Assembly (NCBI GenBank): GCA_963767735.1
Contig: CAVYES010000004.1
Location: 32,001-96,000 of the forward strand
Direction: 5' to 3'
DNA: 64,000 nucleotides
Source of the DNA: Candidatus Bathyarchaeota archaeon
GTDB lineage: Archaea > Thermoproteota > Bathyarchaeia > Bathyarchaeales > Bathycorpusculaceae
The notes beneath the pieces were generated by a model that did no database searches, was not told the origin of the DNA, and saw nothing but the letters and a program-made list of their open reading frames with translations. Shown one piece after another: positions 9,800-20,239 of this stretch; the first letter of the stretch is position 1, and each line of letters opens with the position of its first letter. A program made the position numbers and the translations under genes.

Positions 9800-11692
9800 A
9801 TGGCTATAATGAATCCGTACCTTGAGGCTCTACAGCCCAAACTTAGCGCGTCCGATTTCAAGAAACTAAGCGCCCTAGATAATCCTAACGTCCATGAGTT
9901 TATTGCTAAAGAAAGCGACCTTTGCCAACCTAAAGAAATATTCATTTGCAGCGACTCCGCTGAAGATATCGCTCATATTCGGAAACAAGCAATCGCTTCA
10001 GGGGAAGAACAAGCAATCTTGACCCTGCAAGGGCACACTGTGCACTTTGACGGTGAATTCGATCAGGGGCGAGACCGTCAAGCTACCAAGTACCTTGTAC
10101 CCAAAGGAGTTACCTTAAGCAAAGCCCTCAACCAAATGGACCGTCAAGAAGGTTTAGCTGAGGTTAGAGGTATACTTAGAGATTCCATGCAGGGAAAAAC
10201 AATGATTGTCCGCTTAGTCTCACTGGGTCCACAAGATTCCATATTTACCATTTTGGGTCTCCAATGTACAGATTCATGGTATGTCGCCCATTCAGAAAAT
10301 CTGCTTTATCGCCCCGGATACGAGCAATTTGTAAAGGCAGGACCAAAAAGTGATTTCCTGCGCGTTCTGCATTCAGCTGGAAAGCTCAATGGAGATATGG
10401 TCAGCGTAGATTACAATAAAAAATGCATTTACATAGACCAGATGGACAACACCATTTACAGCGTTAACACGCAATACGCTGGAAACTCTGTGGGCTTCAA
10501 GAAACTTGCCTTCCGCTTGGCTATCCGAAAAGCAAGCAGTGAGGGGTGGCTAGCGGAACACATGCTTCTCATGGGCGTATATGGTCCTGGTGGACGTAAA
10601 ACCTATTTTGCCGGAGCATTTCCAAGCGCTTGCGGAAAAACGTCAACAGCTATGCTTCCTGGAGAAACAATTCTTGGCGATGACATAGCTTATATTCGTG
10701 ACATTGACGCTGCTGCTCGCGCAGTTAACGTTGAATCAGGCATATTCGGTATTATACAAGACGTTAACCTCAAGGATGACGCGTTAATTTACAAGCTTCT
10801 AACTAGTCCAGACGAAATTATCTTCTCTAACGTGCTGGTTAAGGATGGCAGACCCTACTGGCTTGGCATGGGAGAAGAGCTCCCCAAAGAAGGTTGCAAC
10901 TATACTGGAGCATGGTATGAAGGCAAAAAAGACGAGAATGGCTGCGAAATTCCGCCTGCAAACAAGAATGCTCGTTACACATTGGCACTTAAAGCGTTGG
11001 AAAACTGTGATCCCGAACTCCACAATCCATTAGGTATTGAATTAGGCGGCATAATGTATGGGGGACGCGATGCTAAGGCTTACGTGCCTGTTCAGCAAAG
11101 CTTCAGTTGGGAGCACGGCATCATCGCTTACGGGGCTTCGCTTGAAACCGAAACTACCTTCGCCACCGTTGGTAAAGAAGGGGTTCCTGAAATTAACATG
11201 ATGAGCATTCAAGACTTCATCTCAATTCCACTAGGCAAAAATGTTCATAACAACTTGAATTTCGGGCGGAAGCTCAAAAAGCAACCAGTCATCTTCGGAG
11301 TTAACTATTTCCTAAAGGAAGTAGGCAATGGCAAATACGTAAACGGCGTGCAAGATAAGCATGTTTGGATAAAATGGATGGAGCTGAGGGTGCATAACGA
11401 AGTTGACGCTTTAGCGACCCCAACAGGATACATCCCAAAATATGAAGATTTACGCAAGTTATTCAAGCAATTGCTGGGCAAAAACTATGCTAAAGAAGAC
11501 TACATTAAGCAATTCACAATCCGCGTTCCAGAAAACCTTGCAAAGATTGAACGTGTATCACGGTTTTATCAGGAAAACGTTACTGACACACCGCTGGAAC
11601 TATTCGGCATATTGTACATGCAACGCCAACGCCTCATCGAAGCTAAAGAGAAATACGGCGAATACATTTCACCTGAAAAACTCGAAAAATAA
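9800..11692 (+). CDS. pckG: GTP-dependent phosphoenolpyruvate carboxykinase
   Basis: YAGNSVGFKK, WLAEHM, AFPSACGKTS, GDDIAYI, YGGRD. Confidence 0.96.
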   Translation: MAIMNPYLEALQPKLSASDFKKLSALDNPNVHEFIAKESDLCQPKEIFICSDSAEDIAHIRKQAIASGEEQAILTLQGHTVHFDGEFDQGRDRQATKYLVPKGVTLSKALNQMDRQEGLAEVRGILRDSMQGKTMIVRLVSLGPQDSIFTILGLQCTDSWYVAHSENLLYRPGYEQFVKAGPKSDFLRVLHSAGKLNGDMVSVDYNKKCIYIDQMDNTIYSVNTQYAGNSVGFKKLAFRLAIRKASSEGWLAEHMLLMGVYGPGGRKTYFAGAFPSACGKTSTAMLPGETILGDDIAYIRDIDAAARAVNVESGIFGIIQDVNLKDDALIYKLLTSPDEIIFSNVLVKDGRPYWLGMGEELPKEGCNYTGAWYEGKKDENGCEIPPANKNARYTLALKALENCDPELHNPLGIELGGIMYGGRDAKAYVPVQQSFSWEHGIIAYGASLETETTFATVGKEGVPEINMMSIQDFISIPLGKNVHNNLNFGRKLKKQPVIFGVNYFLKEVGNGKYVNGVQDKHVWIKWMELRVHNEVDALATPTGYIPKYEDLRKLFKQLLGKNYAKEDYIKQFTIRVPENLAKIERVSRFYQENVTDTPLELFGILYMQRQRLIEAKEKYGEYISPEKLEK

Positions 11693-11849
11693 AAAGTAGA
11701 TTGAGGTAACTGCGATGGAAAATGTTTATCATATTTCGCCCTTTATTTGCGTCAAACTTTTAAATGGATTCTACTTACTGACTATTAATTCATAACCGTT
11801 AATTAAATAAAGCAGTAAATTGAAATTTAAAAAATAAGGTGAAGAGGAA

Positions 11850-12092
11850 ATGATGATGAAAAAGCCGCAAAAGACAGACGTTTCAGAATACAAAATCGAT
11901 TTAGTCACCATTGAAGGCGATGGCTCTTTCCCATGTCCAAAATGCGGAATGTCAATCTCTCCCGAAGACGAGACGGAGAATAACTACAAAATCTTAGAAA
12001 CTAAAGTTGTCAATGAAGAGCTTGCTGAATTAATTATCGCATGCGGTAAATGCAGAAGCACGATAATACTTTCAGGCTTTCAAGGGCTTTAA
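11850..12092 (+). CDS. Small zinc-ribbon protein
   Basis: CPKC...CGKC; AGGTGA SD; T-run downstream. Confidence 0.8.
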   Translation: MMMKKPQKTDVSEYKIDLVTIEGDGSFPCPKCGMSISPEDETENNYKILETKVVNEELAELIIACGKCRSTIILSGFQGL

Positions 12093-12305
12093 CGCGCTTA
12101 GTTCGTTAAGTTTTTTTACTAATTTTCATTTCGGCACAGACCTTAGACGAAAACAAGAAAGCCCACAAAGAAATAAAACACAAAATTTCCTTAATTGCTT
12201 AAGTTTTAGTTAAGGGTTTGCTATGCCCTGAGTTTGCATAAATGAGTTTGATTTTTGAGCAAATAGTTTATTTTCTCTTTCACCTTAGTTATTTGGCGGA
12301 TTAGT

Positions 12306-12920
12306 ATGCTTATTGAAACGTTCACAGTTGGCATGTTGTCAACTAACTGCTATGTCGTTAACTCGCATCGAACGAAAGAGGCAATTATAATCGATCCAGG
12401 TTATGACTTTTCTTCTGAAGCTCAACAAATTCTCGATTACATAACGCAAGGCGGATTAAAAGTCAAATTAATCGTGAACACTCATGGACACTCTGACCAC
12501 ATAAGCGGCAACGCATTTTTCCAAGAAAAGTTCAACGTTCCCATCTACATTCACAAGTATGATGCTCCTTGTATTGAATCGTTTAACAAGGGGACGTTTC
12601 CAGCCGATGTCCTTTTAGAGAATGGCAGCTTAATCGAATTTGGCGACGAATCTCTGAAGGTTATGCATACACCCGGGCATACGCCTGGCAGCATCTGCCT
12701 TGTGGGCGAGCGACTAGTTTTTACTGGAGACACATTATTTGCGGGAGGGATTGGCCGAACAGATTTTCCGGGAGGCTCGGTTAGTGACATGAAGCTTTCT
12801 CTGCAAAAGCTCGTGTGTTTGCCTGAAAACTTTTTGATTTACCCAGGGCATGGTGCTACATCTATTATGGGTGAAGAAAAAAGGGTTAATCCTTTTTTAA
12901 ACAATAAAGACAGCTTTTAA
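12306..12920 (+). CDS. MBL-fold metallo-hydrolase (glyoxalase II/YcbL-like)
   Basis: THGHSDH, HTPGHTPG, TGDTLF, YPGHG. Confidence 0.92.
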   Translation: MLIETFTVGMLSTNCYVVNSHRTKEAIIIDPGYDFSSEAQQILDYITQGGLKVKLIVNTHGHSDHISGNAFFQEKFNVPIYIHKYDAPCIESFNKGTFPADVLLENGSLIEFGDESLKVMHTPGHTPGSICLVGERLVFTGDTLFAGGIGRTDFPGGSVSDMKLSLQKLVCLPENFLIYPGHGATSIMGEEKRVNPFLNNKDSF

Positions 12921-12938
12921 AGGCTTTGTTTTGTTGGT

Positions 12939-13904
12939 TTAGCTTGTTTCTTGCAGTGCGCGCAGGCGTTTGATAATGTTTGGGTGTGTTGAGAAGATTT
13001 CAGTGAAGTTATCCTTGTGCGTCGGCTTCTGCGCAAGGGTTTTGTTTAGTAGCTCTCTTTTGTCTGCTATTCCGTTTGCGTGAATCTCTGCGGAGTCAGC
13101 GTTTGCTCTGTCAGGATCAGCGATAAATAACGCTTTAAAGGCGGCGTTATTTTTTTGTTGTTGCCTGCTTTGTTTGCCGCCTCGTCTGCTTTGTTCAACT
13201 ATTGTTACTAAGCCTGTTGAGAGCTTTTCTGCGCCGTTCTCAACTATTGAAACGCTATGTTTGTCAGCATAGTACTCTCGGAGTCTGCTTAGTTGAAGTG
13301 TAAATAAGGTTAGTACCCACGAGAAAGCCATGAAGGCTAAGCCTAATAATGCGTTGTTGCCTCCTTTTTTGGCTCCTCCTCCGAAAGCGCCTGAGAACAT
13401 AAAGGAGTAACCAATGTATAGGAATAATGATGGCATGAAAGAAACTATCATCATGGCCTGCACGTCATGGTGCTTTATGTGGCCAAGTTCATGACCCAAG
13501 ACGGCTTCAACTTCGCCGGCATCAAGAGACTGCAAAAGCCCCGACGTTACCGCAACGCGGCTACCTGATAGAGGCGAGCCGTAAGCGAAGGCGTTTGGAA
13601 CTGGAATCTGTGCCAGCATAAGTTTTGGTGTTGATATTCCGCTTTTTCGGCTGAGGTTTTCAACTGTCTGGTATAATCCTGGGTTTTCGGCTTGTTTTAT
13701 TTCTCTAATTTTGTATATTGCACCTATAAGATATGGCGCCAGCAGCCATTGACCTATGTTCATGGCTACTACAAGTATCCCTATCGTCACTAGGGAAAGA
13801 CCTATTCCAACGTAAAATAACACGGCTGCGAATACGAGCGTGGTTAAACCAAAGATTATGGCTAAAGTTGCAGCCATAGAAAGTCCAAGTTTCCAAGCGT
13901 TCAT
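12939..13904 (-). CDS. htpX: HtpX-like membrane zinc metalloprotease (M48)
   Basis: PNAFAYG, HELGH, SRLREYYAD, STHP, TM helices. Confidence 0.92.
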   Translation of the reverse strand: MNAWKLGLSMAATLAIIFGLTTLVFAAVLFYVGIGLSLVTIGILVVAMNIGQWLLAPYLIGAIYKIREIKQAENPGLYQTVENLSRKSGISTPKLMLAQIPVPNAFAYGSPLSGSRVAVTSGLLQSLDAGEVEAVLGHELGHIKHHDVQAMMIVSFMPSLFLYIGYSFMFSGAFGGGAKKGGNNALLGLAFMAFSWVLTLFTLQLSRLREYYADKHSVSIVENGAEKLSTGLVTIVEQSRRGGKQSRQQQKNNAAFKALFIADPDRANADSAEIHANGIADKRELLNKTLAQKPTHKDNFTEIFSTHPNIIKRLRALQETS

Positions 13905-13994
13905 GCATCGGTCACTTTTTTAATACGCACTGATGTTTCTATGGACGCTTATAACTTTTATGCGCAAATTAACGCATATTTCCTTGAATGTGAC

Positions 13995-14795
13995 TCATTT
14001 TACATTAGCAACCAGGATAAGCCTATTTGAATTAGAGTTAAAACTTTGCCCATCATAGTCACCATAAACATGATTAATCACAAAACCTGCTTCCCCAAAC
14101 AACACCTGCAAACGATTCAATTCATACAGGCGAGCAATGTGCCTAAAAACTCTAATTTGCTCCTGCGCCTTATCGTAAACCACCCACAAATCACCCAGCT
14201 TATCGCCACCCGCGGTTACTGTTCGTTTTTGGAGTAGAAAAAAGCTTGGATATTCCCTCCACTTGAAAAACCGAAAAAGCACCCGTTTTGCCAACCGATT
14301 GTTAAACTTCAATAAAATCGGTAAAATAACCCATTTAACCTCTCTACGCCGCTTAGTTTTGTACTTAAGCATCAAAAGTTCTCGGTTAAAAATATCAAGA
14401 ATTAATTCGCCGCCCTGACCGAGGGCTTCTCGAAATCCCCTTAGGCTTTGCATATCATCTTGTTCCGACGGCAGGTAACCAAAACTTGTATCCATGCAAA
14501 CAGTAGCTCTAAACGCTCCAGCCTTGAAAGGCAAATGTCGCATATCACCCCTAACCAGTTGAACGTTGCGCCACCGGTTTTTGGCTATCTTGAGAAGATT
14601 TAGCGATACATCCAAACCGACCACATAGTATCCAACCTTGCTTAGAGAAATTGAGTGCCTGCCAGTTCCACAAGCAACATCCAAAACCAACCCGTTTCCC
14701 TTCAGGGCGTCTTTTAAGAATTGTATTTGATCTCGTGTTAGGTTTTGGTCAGCTATCTCCGCCCAGTAAACGCCCATTTCATCAAAAACATTCAT
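13995..14795 (-). CDS. Class I SAM-dependent methyltransferase
   Basis: VLDVACGTGRH, GDMRHLPF, SFGY; likely start ATG 14795. Confidence 0.88.
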   Translation of the reverse strand: MNVFDEMGVYWAEIADQNLTRDQIQFLKDALKGNGLVLDVACGTGRHSISLSKVGYYVVGLDVSLNLLKIAKNRWRNVQLVRGDMRHLPFKAGAFRATVCMDTSFGYLPSEQDDMQSLRGFREALGQGGELILDIFNRELLMLKYKTKRRREVKWVILPILLKFNNRLAKRVLFRFFKWREYPSFFLLQKRTVTAGGDKLGDLWVVYDKAQEQIRVFRHIARLYELNRLQVLFGEAGFVINHVYGDYDGQSFNSNSNRLILVANVK

Positions 14796-15034
14796 AATAT
14801 TACTTCTCAAATACAGCCCTTTAAACAAGCATCTGATGAATATTTAGCTTTTTTTTCCTATCAAGTGGCTTCTTAGATTTGCTTTTAATTCTTCTATCAG
14901 GAGCTATTTGGATCATCTAGAAAACCGGGGTAGGCCGTGAGAGAGAGAGCACATACAAAACCTAAACAACAAAATAACGCCTACTTTACCAAATTAAAAA
15001 GAAAAAAGGAAACAGCAGAAAGGACTGAGGGGGT

Positions 15035-16669
15035 TTACTTCATTATTGCTTTGAGGTCTTCGTCGGGTGTCGTGATGGGCATTATGTTGAATTTGTCGAC
15101 GAGCACTTTTAGGATGTTGGGTGTTATGAAGGCGGGGAGGCTTGGTCCGATGCGGATGTCTTTTATGCCAAGGTACAGCAATGACAGCAAGATGGCTACC
15201 GCTTTTTGTTCATACCATGACAGCACGAGCGAGAGTGGCAAATCGTTAATCTGCACATTGAAGGCATCTGCTAATGCTTGAGCTATTTTGACGGCTGAGT
15301 AAGCATCGTTGCATTGTCCAATGTCGAGAAGCCGCGGAATGTCGTCGATTGTGCCTAGTTCCTTGTCGAAGAAACGGAATTTGCCGCATGCCAAAGTCAA
15401 TATTATCGTGTTTGCGGGCGCTTTTTCAACGAATTCTGTATAGTAGCTTCTGCCTGGTTTTGCTCCGTCGCATCCGCCGACTAAGATGAACCGTTTAATG
15501 TGTCCACTCTTCACGGATTCTATGACTTTGCCCGCTACGCCTAGCACTGCGTTTCTGCCGAATCCGACCAGAACACTTTTGCCTTCTTGGTCCTCTTGAA
15601 AACCTGGCATTTCTAAGGCTTTGAGAATTACCGAAGAAAAGTCTTTGCCGCTTATGTGTGGCACACCTGGGTATCCGACTGGTCCCGAAGTGAAAATGTT
15701 GCCCTTGTAGCTTTCGACGGGTCTTTGAATGCAGTTGGTTGTCATCAGGATTGCGCCTGGGAAAGCAGCGAAGTCTTTTTGCTGGTTCTGCCATGCTGTT
15801 CCATAGTGACCATAGAAATGCGGGAACTTCTTCAGTCCAGGGTAACCATGTGTAGGAAGCATTTCTCCATGAGTATAAACGTAAATTCCTTTGCCTTCGC
15901 TTTGTTTTAAAATATACTCCAAATCGATGAGGTCATGTCCCGAGACGAGGATGGCTTTGCCCGCTTTGTGCCCTAACGGAACCTTTGTTGGCACGGGGTG
16001 ACCGTAGGTTTCAGTGTTTCCAGCGTCCAAGAGCTCCATTGCGCGTATGTTGATTTCTCCGCATTTGAAGACTAGACCCACAAAAGCGTTTGCGCTAATT
16101 GATTTGTCGAGTGGGGCTGCAAGTCCTTCATGGATAAAATCGAAAACTTTGCTGTCTTTTTTCCCGAGCAGATAGGCGTGGTATGTGTAGGCGGCTACTC
16201 CCTTTACACCATAAGTCAGCAGCCACTGAAGCGAACCGAGGTCAGGGTCAACCGCGGGCTCAGAGTTAATCCCGAAACGTTTTCCCTGCGCAACTAAGCC
16301 TTCAGTTGTTTTTTCCAGCTGCAAACTGAATGTTGAGTTAACTTTGGCTTTTATGGCGTATAGTCTGCTGCGTAATTGTTCTTGGAACTGCGCCGTTTTC
16401 CGTATGTAAGCTGCTATGGATTCTGGGTCAAAATTCACGTTTGTCAAAGTAGAAAACAATGCTTCGCAAGTAAACACGTCAATATTTTCATCTTTTACTC
16501 CAGCTTTTGCTGCCTCAATGGACAGCTGACTAAGTCCCCTTAGCATATAGACCAGCAAATCTTGAAGTGTTGCGACGTCGGCTGATTTTCCGCAAACACC
16601 TGCGACTGTGCAACCTTGCCCTTTGGCTGTTTGTTCGCATTGGTAACAGAACATTTGGTTTTGACTCAA
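15035..16669 (-). CDS. hcp: Hybrid cluster protein (hydroxylamine reductase)
   Basis: MFCYQCEQT..GCT..GVCGK, SGHDL, THGEMLP, TTNC, GGCDG, GQCND, SWYEQKA. Confidence 0.97.
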   Translation of the reverse strand: MSQNQMFCYQCEQTAKGQGCTVAGVCGKSADVATLQDLLVYMLRGLSQLSIEAAKAGVKDENIDVFTCEALFSTLTNVNFDPESIAAYIRKTAQFQEQLRSRLYAIKAKVNSTFSLQLEKTTEGLVAQGKRFGINSEPAVDPDLGSLQWLLTYGVKGVAAYTYHAYLLGKKDSKVFDFIHEGLAAPLDKSISANAFVGLVFKCGEINIRAMELLDAGNTETYGHPVPTKVPLGHKAGKAILVSGHDLIDLEYILKQSEGKGIYVYTHGEMLPTHGYPGLKKFPHFYGHYGTAWQNQQKDFAAFPGAILMTTNCIQRPVESYKGNIFTSGPVGYPGVPHISGKDFSSVILKALEMPGFQEDQEGKSVLVGFGRNAVLGVAGKVIESVKSGHIKRFILVGGCDGAKPGRSYYTEFVEKAPANTIILTLACGKFRFFDKELGTIDDIPRLLDIGQCNDAYSAVKIAQALADAFNVQINDLPLSLVLSWYEQKAVAILLSLLYLGIKDIRIGPSLPAFITPNILKVLVDKFNIMPITTPDEDLKAIMK

Positions 16670-16716
16670 ATCTTACACCTTTACTTATATTGTGGTTCTT
16701 TTGCGGATAGATGTTG

Positions 16717-16734
16717 TCCCTAATATCTAAGGGA
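16717..16734. promoter_or_regulatory. Candidate operator upstream of hcp
   Basis: Inverted repeat TCCCT-AATATCTA-AGGGA about 50 bp upstream of the hcp start. Confidence 0.4.
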
Positions 16735-16785
16735 TTTCACTTTTTGACCTTCATCCGAATTTCCCTGAAAATCACGACGGCACAG

Positions 16786-17427
16786 CTAAAGTTCTCTTTT
16801 AAAATAGTGCTCAAGCAGCCTTCTTGTTCCTCTCCGCATAATCTCTGAAAGCGTTGCTGTACTAATGCCCAGTTTAGCTGCAAGTTCAGCCATGCCAACT
16901 TGCCGTGGATAATCAAAAAAGCCGCTTTTTAGGGCAAGCCAAAAGATTCGCTCTTGGTTTTCGGTTAAAACTCCTATTTGCTGCTCAAACTTGCCGATTT
17001 TGCGGACATTGACTTTGTAGTCTGCTTTTTCCAAGTCAGTTATTATGCCTTTGTAGGCTTCGAATGTTGGTACCATAAAACTGTAGGTTATGATGCTGTC
17101 TTCCATGCTTTTGCCTGAGACTAAGAAAGCGTCATGAGCCAGGATGGTGTTGCAGACTTCGCAGCCTTCGCTTTCAAGCCACACGGAAGATTTTCCTTCA
17201 ACGTGTCCTTTAGCTGCAAGCTCTTTGGGAACTTTATGAGTCTGGTCTTCGCCGACATCCATCAAATGCCGTACGGAGCCGCTGCTTGAACTGCGCACAT
17301 CGAGGACTTTAAGATGCTTAAACCCCAAGGAAGCCAGCTTCCCAACCATTCTACACTGCTTATTCTCAATTTCAATCACAACATGGTAAGGTTCACGCCA
17401 AGCATCAACCAAACTAATCAGCCCCAC
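16786..17427 (-). CDS. HTH_10 (bacterio-opsin activator-type) transcriptional regulator
   Basis: C-terminal LTENQERIFWLALKSGFFDYPRQVGMAELAAKLGISTATLSEIMRRG. Confidence 0.9.
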   Translation of the reverse strand: MGLISLVDAWREPYHVVIEIENKQCRMVGKLASLGFKHLKVLDVRSSSSGSVRHLMDVGEDQTHKVPKELAAKGHVEGKSSVWLESEGCEVCNTILAHDAFLVSGKSMEDSIITYSFMVPTFEAYKGIITDLEKADYKVNVRKIGKFEQQIGVLTENQERIFWLALKSGFFDYPRQVGMAELAAKLGISTATLSEIMRRGTRRLLEHYFKREL

Positions 17428-17557
17428 AATTTAACAAAAAAGAACATGCAGTTAAACATGTTTGCCAAACAAAAAAAGAAAAAACACAAACCAAACAGCT
17501 GCTTGGATCATGCCATATTTTCCATTTAACACTGCCTTTTGAGATGGTGCGACAAAC

Positions 17558-17800
17558 TTAACGAAGTAGTTGTCTGCTGGCGACTTTAAAGATTTGCGCA
17601 ATTAAGAGTTTTTCATCTGCACTTTTATGTTTAGCCCGGTGATTGTTTATTGCTCTATCCATAGCGGCTAAATCAGGAACCACCAAGATTTTTTCTCCAC
17701 AAGTACACGCTACAATCGGCATATTTGATTTGAACTTTTGTTCACAGCTCTTAGCGTTTTCTACGTCTATTTTTAAATCAACACTTAGAATTTTCTTCAT
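17558..17800 (-). CDS. Small protein with possible CxC...HxxxH zinc site
   Basis: ATG 17800 after GGAG; ACTCGEKILVVPDLAAMDRAINNHRAKH. Confidence 0.6.
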   Translation of the reverse strand: MKKILSVDLKIDVENAKSCEQKFKSNMPIVACTCGEKILVVPDLAAMDRAINNHRAKHKSADEKLLIAQIFKVASRQLLR

Positions 17801-18080
17801 ATGCAAACTCTCCACAAAACACTTATCCATACAAAGAATGGAACAATAATATATCAGATATGCCAATATCCTAATAAATTCTTGCAGTAGGCTTAAAGCA
17901 ACCACAATTACCAATCAATATAACAAATTCAGATTAAAAAGCGAAAGATCAATCCAGGTAATGTCTACCTAGACAGAAAACTGATTGCAAGTCTCAAAAA
18001 AAAGAAAGAACCATCTAAAAAATAAGATTAAATACGCTGCCGAGAATGGCTTAATTAGTAAGTTAACGAGGAATCCTTCG

Positions 18081-20102
18081 TTGAAGCCACGAAAGATTTT
18101 GATAACTATTGTGCTAATCGCGCTATTAGTTGTATCTTTCTTTGTGGCTTTAGATAACTTCCATGCTCCAGAAAAGCAAATCTCAGGTTCAACTCAGCCT
18201 TTTTTTGTAGGAATTGAAACAGGATGGAACAGCACCGTATCCGACTGCAAAGCACTTATTGATAAAGTAAAGAATTTCACCAACCTTTTTATTATCGCAT
18301 CGCCGTTTATCCTGAGCAATGAAACATTGCTCAAAGCGACATGCGACTACGCTTACGACGCAGGAATGTATTTCATGCCCGCTTACTACCGAGACATATT
18401 CAACGATGTAGGAATCAATTATACTCCGACTGAATGGTTCACAACGGCAAAAGAGCAATATGGCGACAAGTTGCTGGGAATTTATTTTTATGATGAACCT
18501 GCTGGAAGCCAACTAGCCGAGAGCATCAATATAACCTCTAATAACATTTTTAACGCTACTGCTGCGCCGACCAGTTACCAAGATTACAAAAATTGGTTTT
18601 TTCGAATATGGACACAGGGTGACGGCGTACCAAAAGCCGCCAACTTTACCCATAACTTAGGCTCTTCATTGTTTACTTCAGACTATGCTTTGTACTGGTT
18701 TGACTATGAACTGGGTTATGACACAGTTCTTGCCCAGTTTGCCTGGAATGACAGCAGACAACTACAAATTAGCCAGGTTAGAGGCGCGGCGGAAGCTCAA
18801 AACAAAAGTTGGGGTGCCATCATAACTTGGACATACAATCAGCCGCCGTACTTGGAGCCGAGCGCTCAAATATACAATGACATGGTTTTAGCTTACAATT
18901 CGGGCGCAACATACATAGCCATCTACGATTCATCACAAAATTACACAAGCACAACATTAACGTCAAAGGATTTCAGCGCCTTGCAGTCGTTCTGGAATTA
19001 CGTGCAAAAAAATCCCGACAAACACAGCAGTCTCAAGGCAAACACTGCAGTTGTTCTTCCGCAAGATTACGGATTTGGATTTCGCAGCCCCGATGATTCT
19101 GTGTGGCAGTTTCACCAAGCGGACTTTTGGAGCCAAAAAATGTACAGCGACATTACAAACCTCATTAATCAGTACAAATCAAGCATAGATATAGTCTATA
19201 GCGACCCGCAGTTCCAGAGTTCAATCCAAAGTAAATACAGCAAAATACTCTATTGGCCCAACGACGTCGAAACAAACATCAACTATCCAGTAACCGACCT
19301 TAACAATGGCTTAGGATATACCAGCATCCAAGGGGCATTATCTTCCTTCGCAACCTACGAAGGCGACACTATTCTAATTAAGCCAGGAACATATCAAGAA
19401 AATATTGTAATAACCAAACCTGTCTCATTAATCAGTCAAAATAAAAATGCCACAATCATAGACGGCGAAAAAAACGGCACAGCCCTAACCATAGCCAGCG
19501 ATAACGTAACAGTTTCTGGTTTTACCGTGGAAAACGGTGGCAACTTCTCAGCTGGAATTGGCGAAGGAATCCTGCTCGAAAACGCTAATAACTGCAGCCT
19601 AATCGGAAACACAGTCACAAACAGCTATAACGGAATTTTCTTAAATGATTCCTTCAACAACATACTGGCAAACAACACTATGTCAAATAACAAATTCAAT
19701 TTCGGCGTCTTTGCAAGCAACATCACCAATTACATAAACAACATCGATACTTCAAACAGCGTTAACGGAAAACCAATTTACTATTGGGTAAACAAAAGCA
19801 ATATGACGGTTCCATCCAACGCCGGATTCGTCGCCCTGATAAACTGCACAGATGATGCAGTGGTGAACCTGAATTTATCCGGTAATTACGAGGGTTTGCT
19901 TCTTGCCTACACTAAAAACTCTACGGTAACCAACAACACCATCACCAATAATTATGACGCTATAGTGCTGGACAATTCATATGGCAACACGCTCAAAGGC
20001 AACAACCTCAACGGCAACGTTTACAACATCATAGTGCAAACTGAATTGCCAAATAACATTGAGGCATCAAATATAATTGACGGGAAACCCTTCATCGGAT
20101 AG
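18081..20102 (+). CDS. Membrane-anchored or secreted protein: putative glycoside-hydrolase-like domain plus NosD/pectin-lyase-type beta-helix
   Basis: TTG 18081 after GAGG; N-terminal hydrophobic helix; YFYDEPAG, LFTSDYALYWFDY; SIQGAL..GDTILIKPGTYQENIVI and Asn-rich repeats. Confidence 0.8.
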   Translation: MKPRKILITIVLIALLVVSFFVALDNFHAPEKQISGSTQPFFVGIETGWNSTVSDCKALIDKVKNFTNLFIIASPFILSNETLLKATCDYAYDAGMYFMPAYYRDIFNDVGINYTPTEWFTTAKEQYGDKLLGIYFYDEPAGSQLAESINITSNNIFNATAAPTSYQDYKNWFFRIWTQGDGVPKAANFTHNLGSSLFTSDYALYWFDYELGYDTVLAQFAWNDSRQLQISQVRGAAEAQNKSWGAIITWTYNQPPYLEPSAQIYNDMVLAYNSGATYIAIYDSSQNYTSTTLTSKDFSALQSFWNYVQKNPDKHSSLKANTAVVLPQDYGFGFRSPDDSVWQFHQADFWSQKMYSDITNLINQYKSSIDIVYSDPQFQSSIQSKYSKILYWPNDVETNINYPVTDLNNGLGYTSIQGALSSFATYEGDTILIKPGTYQENIVITKPVSLISQNKNATIIDGEKNGTALTIASDNVTVSGFTVENGGNFSAGIGEGILLENANNCSLIGNTVTNSYNGIFLNDSFNNILANNTMSNNKFNFGVFASNITNYINNIDTSNSVNGKPIYYWVNKSNMTVPSNAGFVALINCTDDAVVNLNLSGNYEGLLLAYTKNSTVTNNTITNNYDAIVLDNSYGNTLKGNNLNGNVYNIIVQTELPNNIEASNIIDGKPFIG

Positions 20103-20239
20103 GCATAAAGAAAATCGCGCTTAACAATCTTAAAAAAATGGGGATAGCATAGTTAGTTATTTTGCCCTTCAGTTCACATAGAAACACCACGAAAATCAAA
20201 TTGTTTGCAAGGAAATTCGTGATGTGTGTATCTGTGTTG

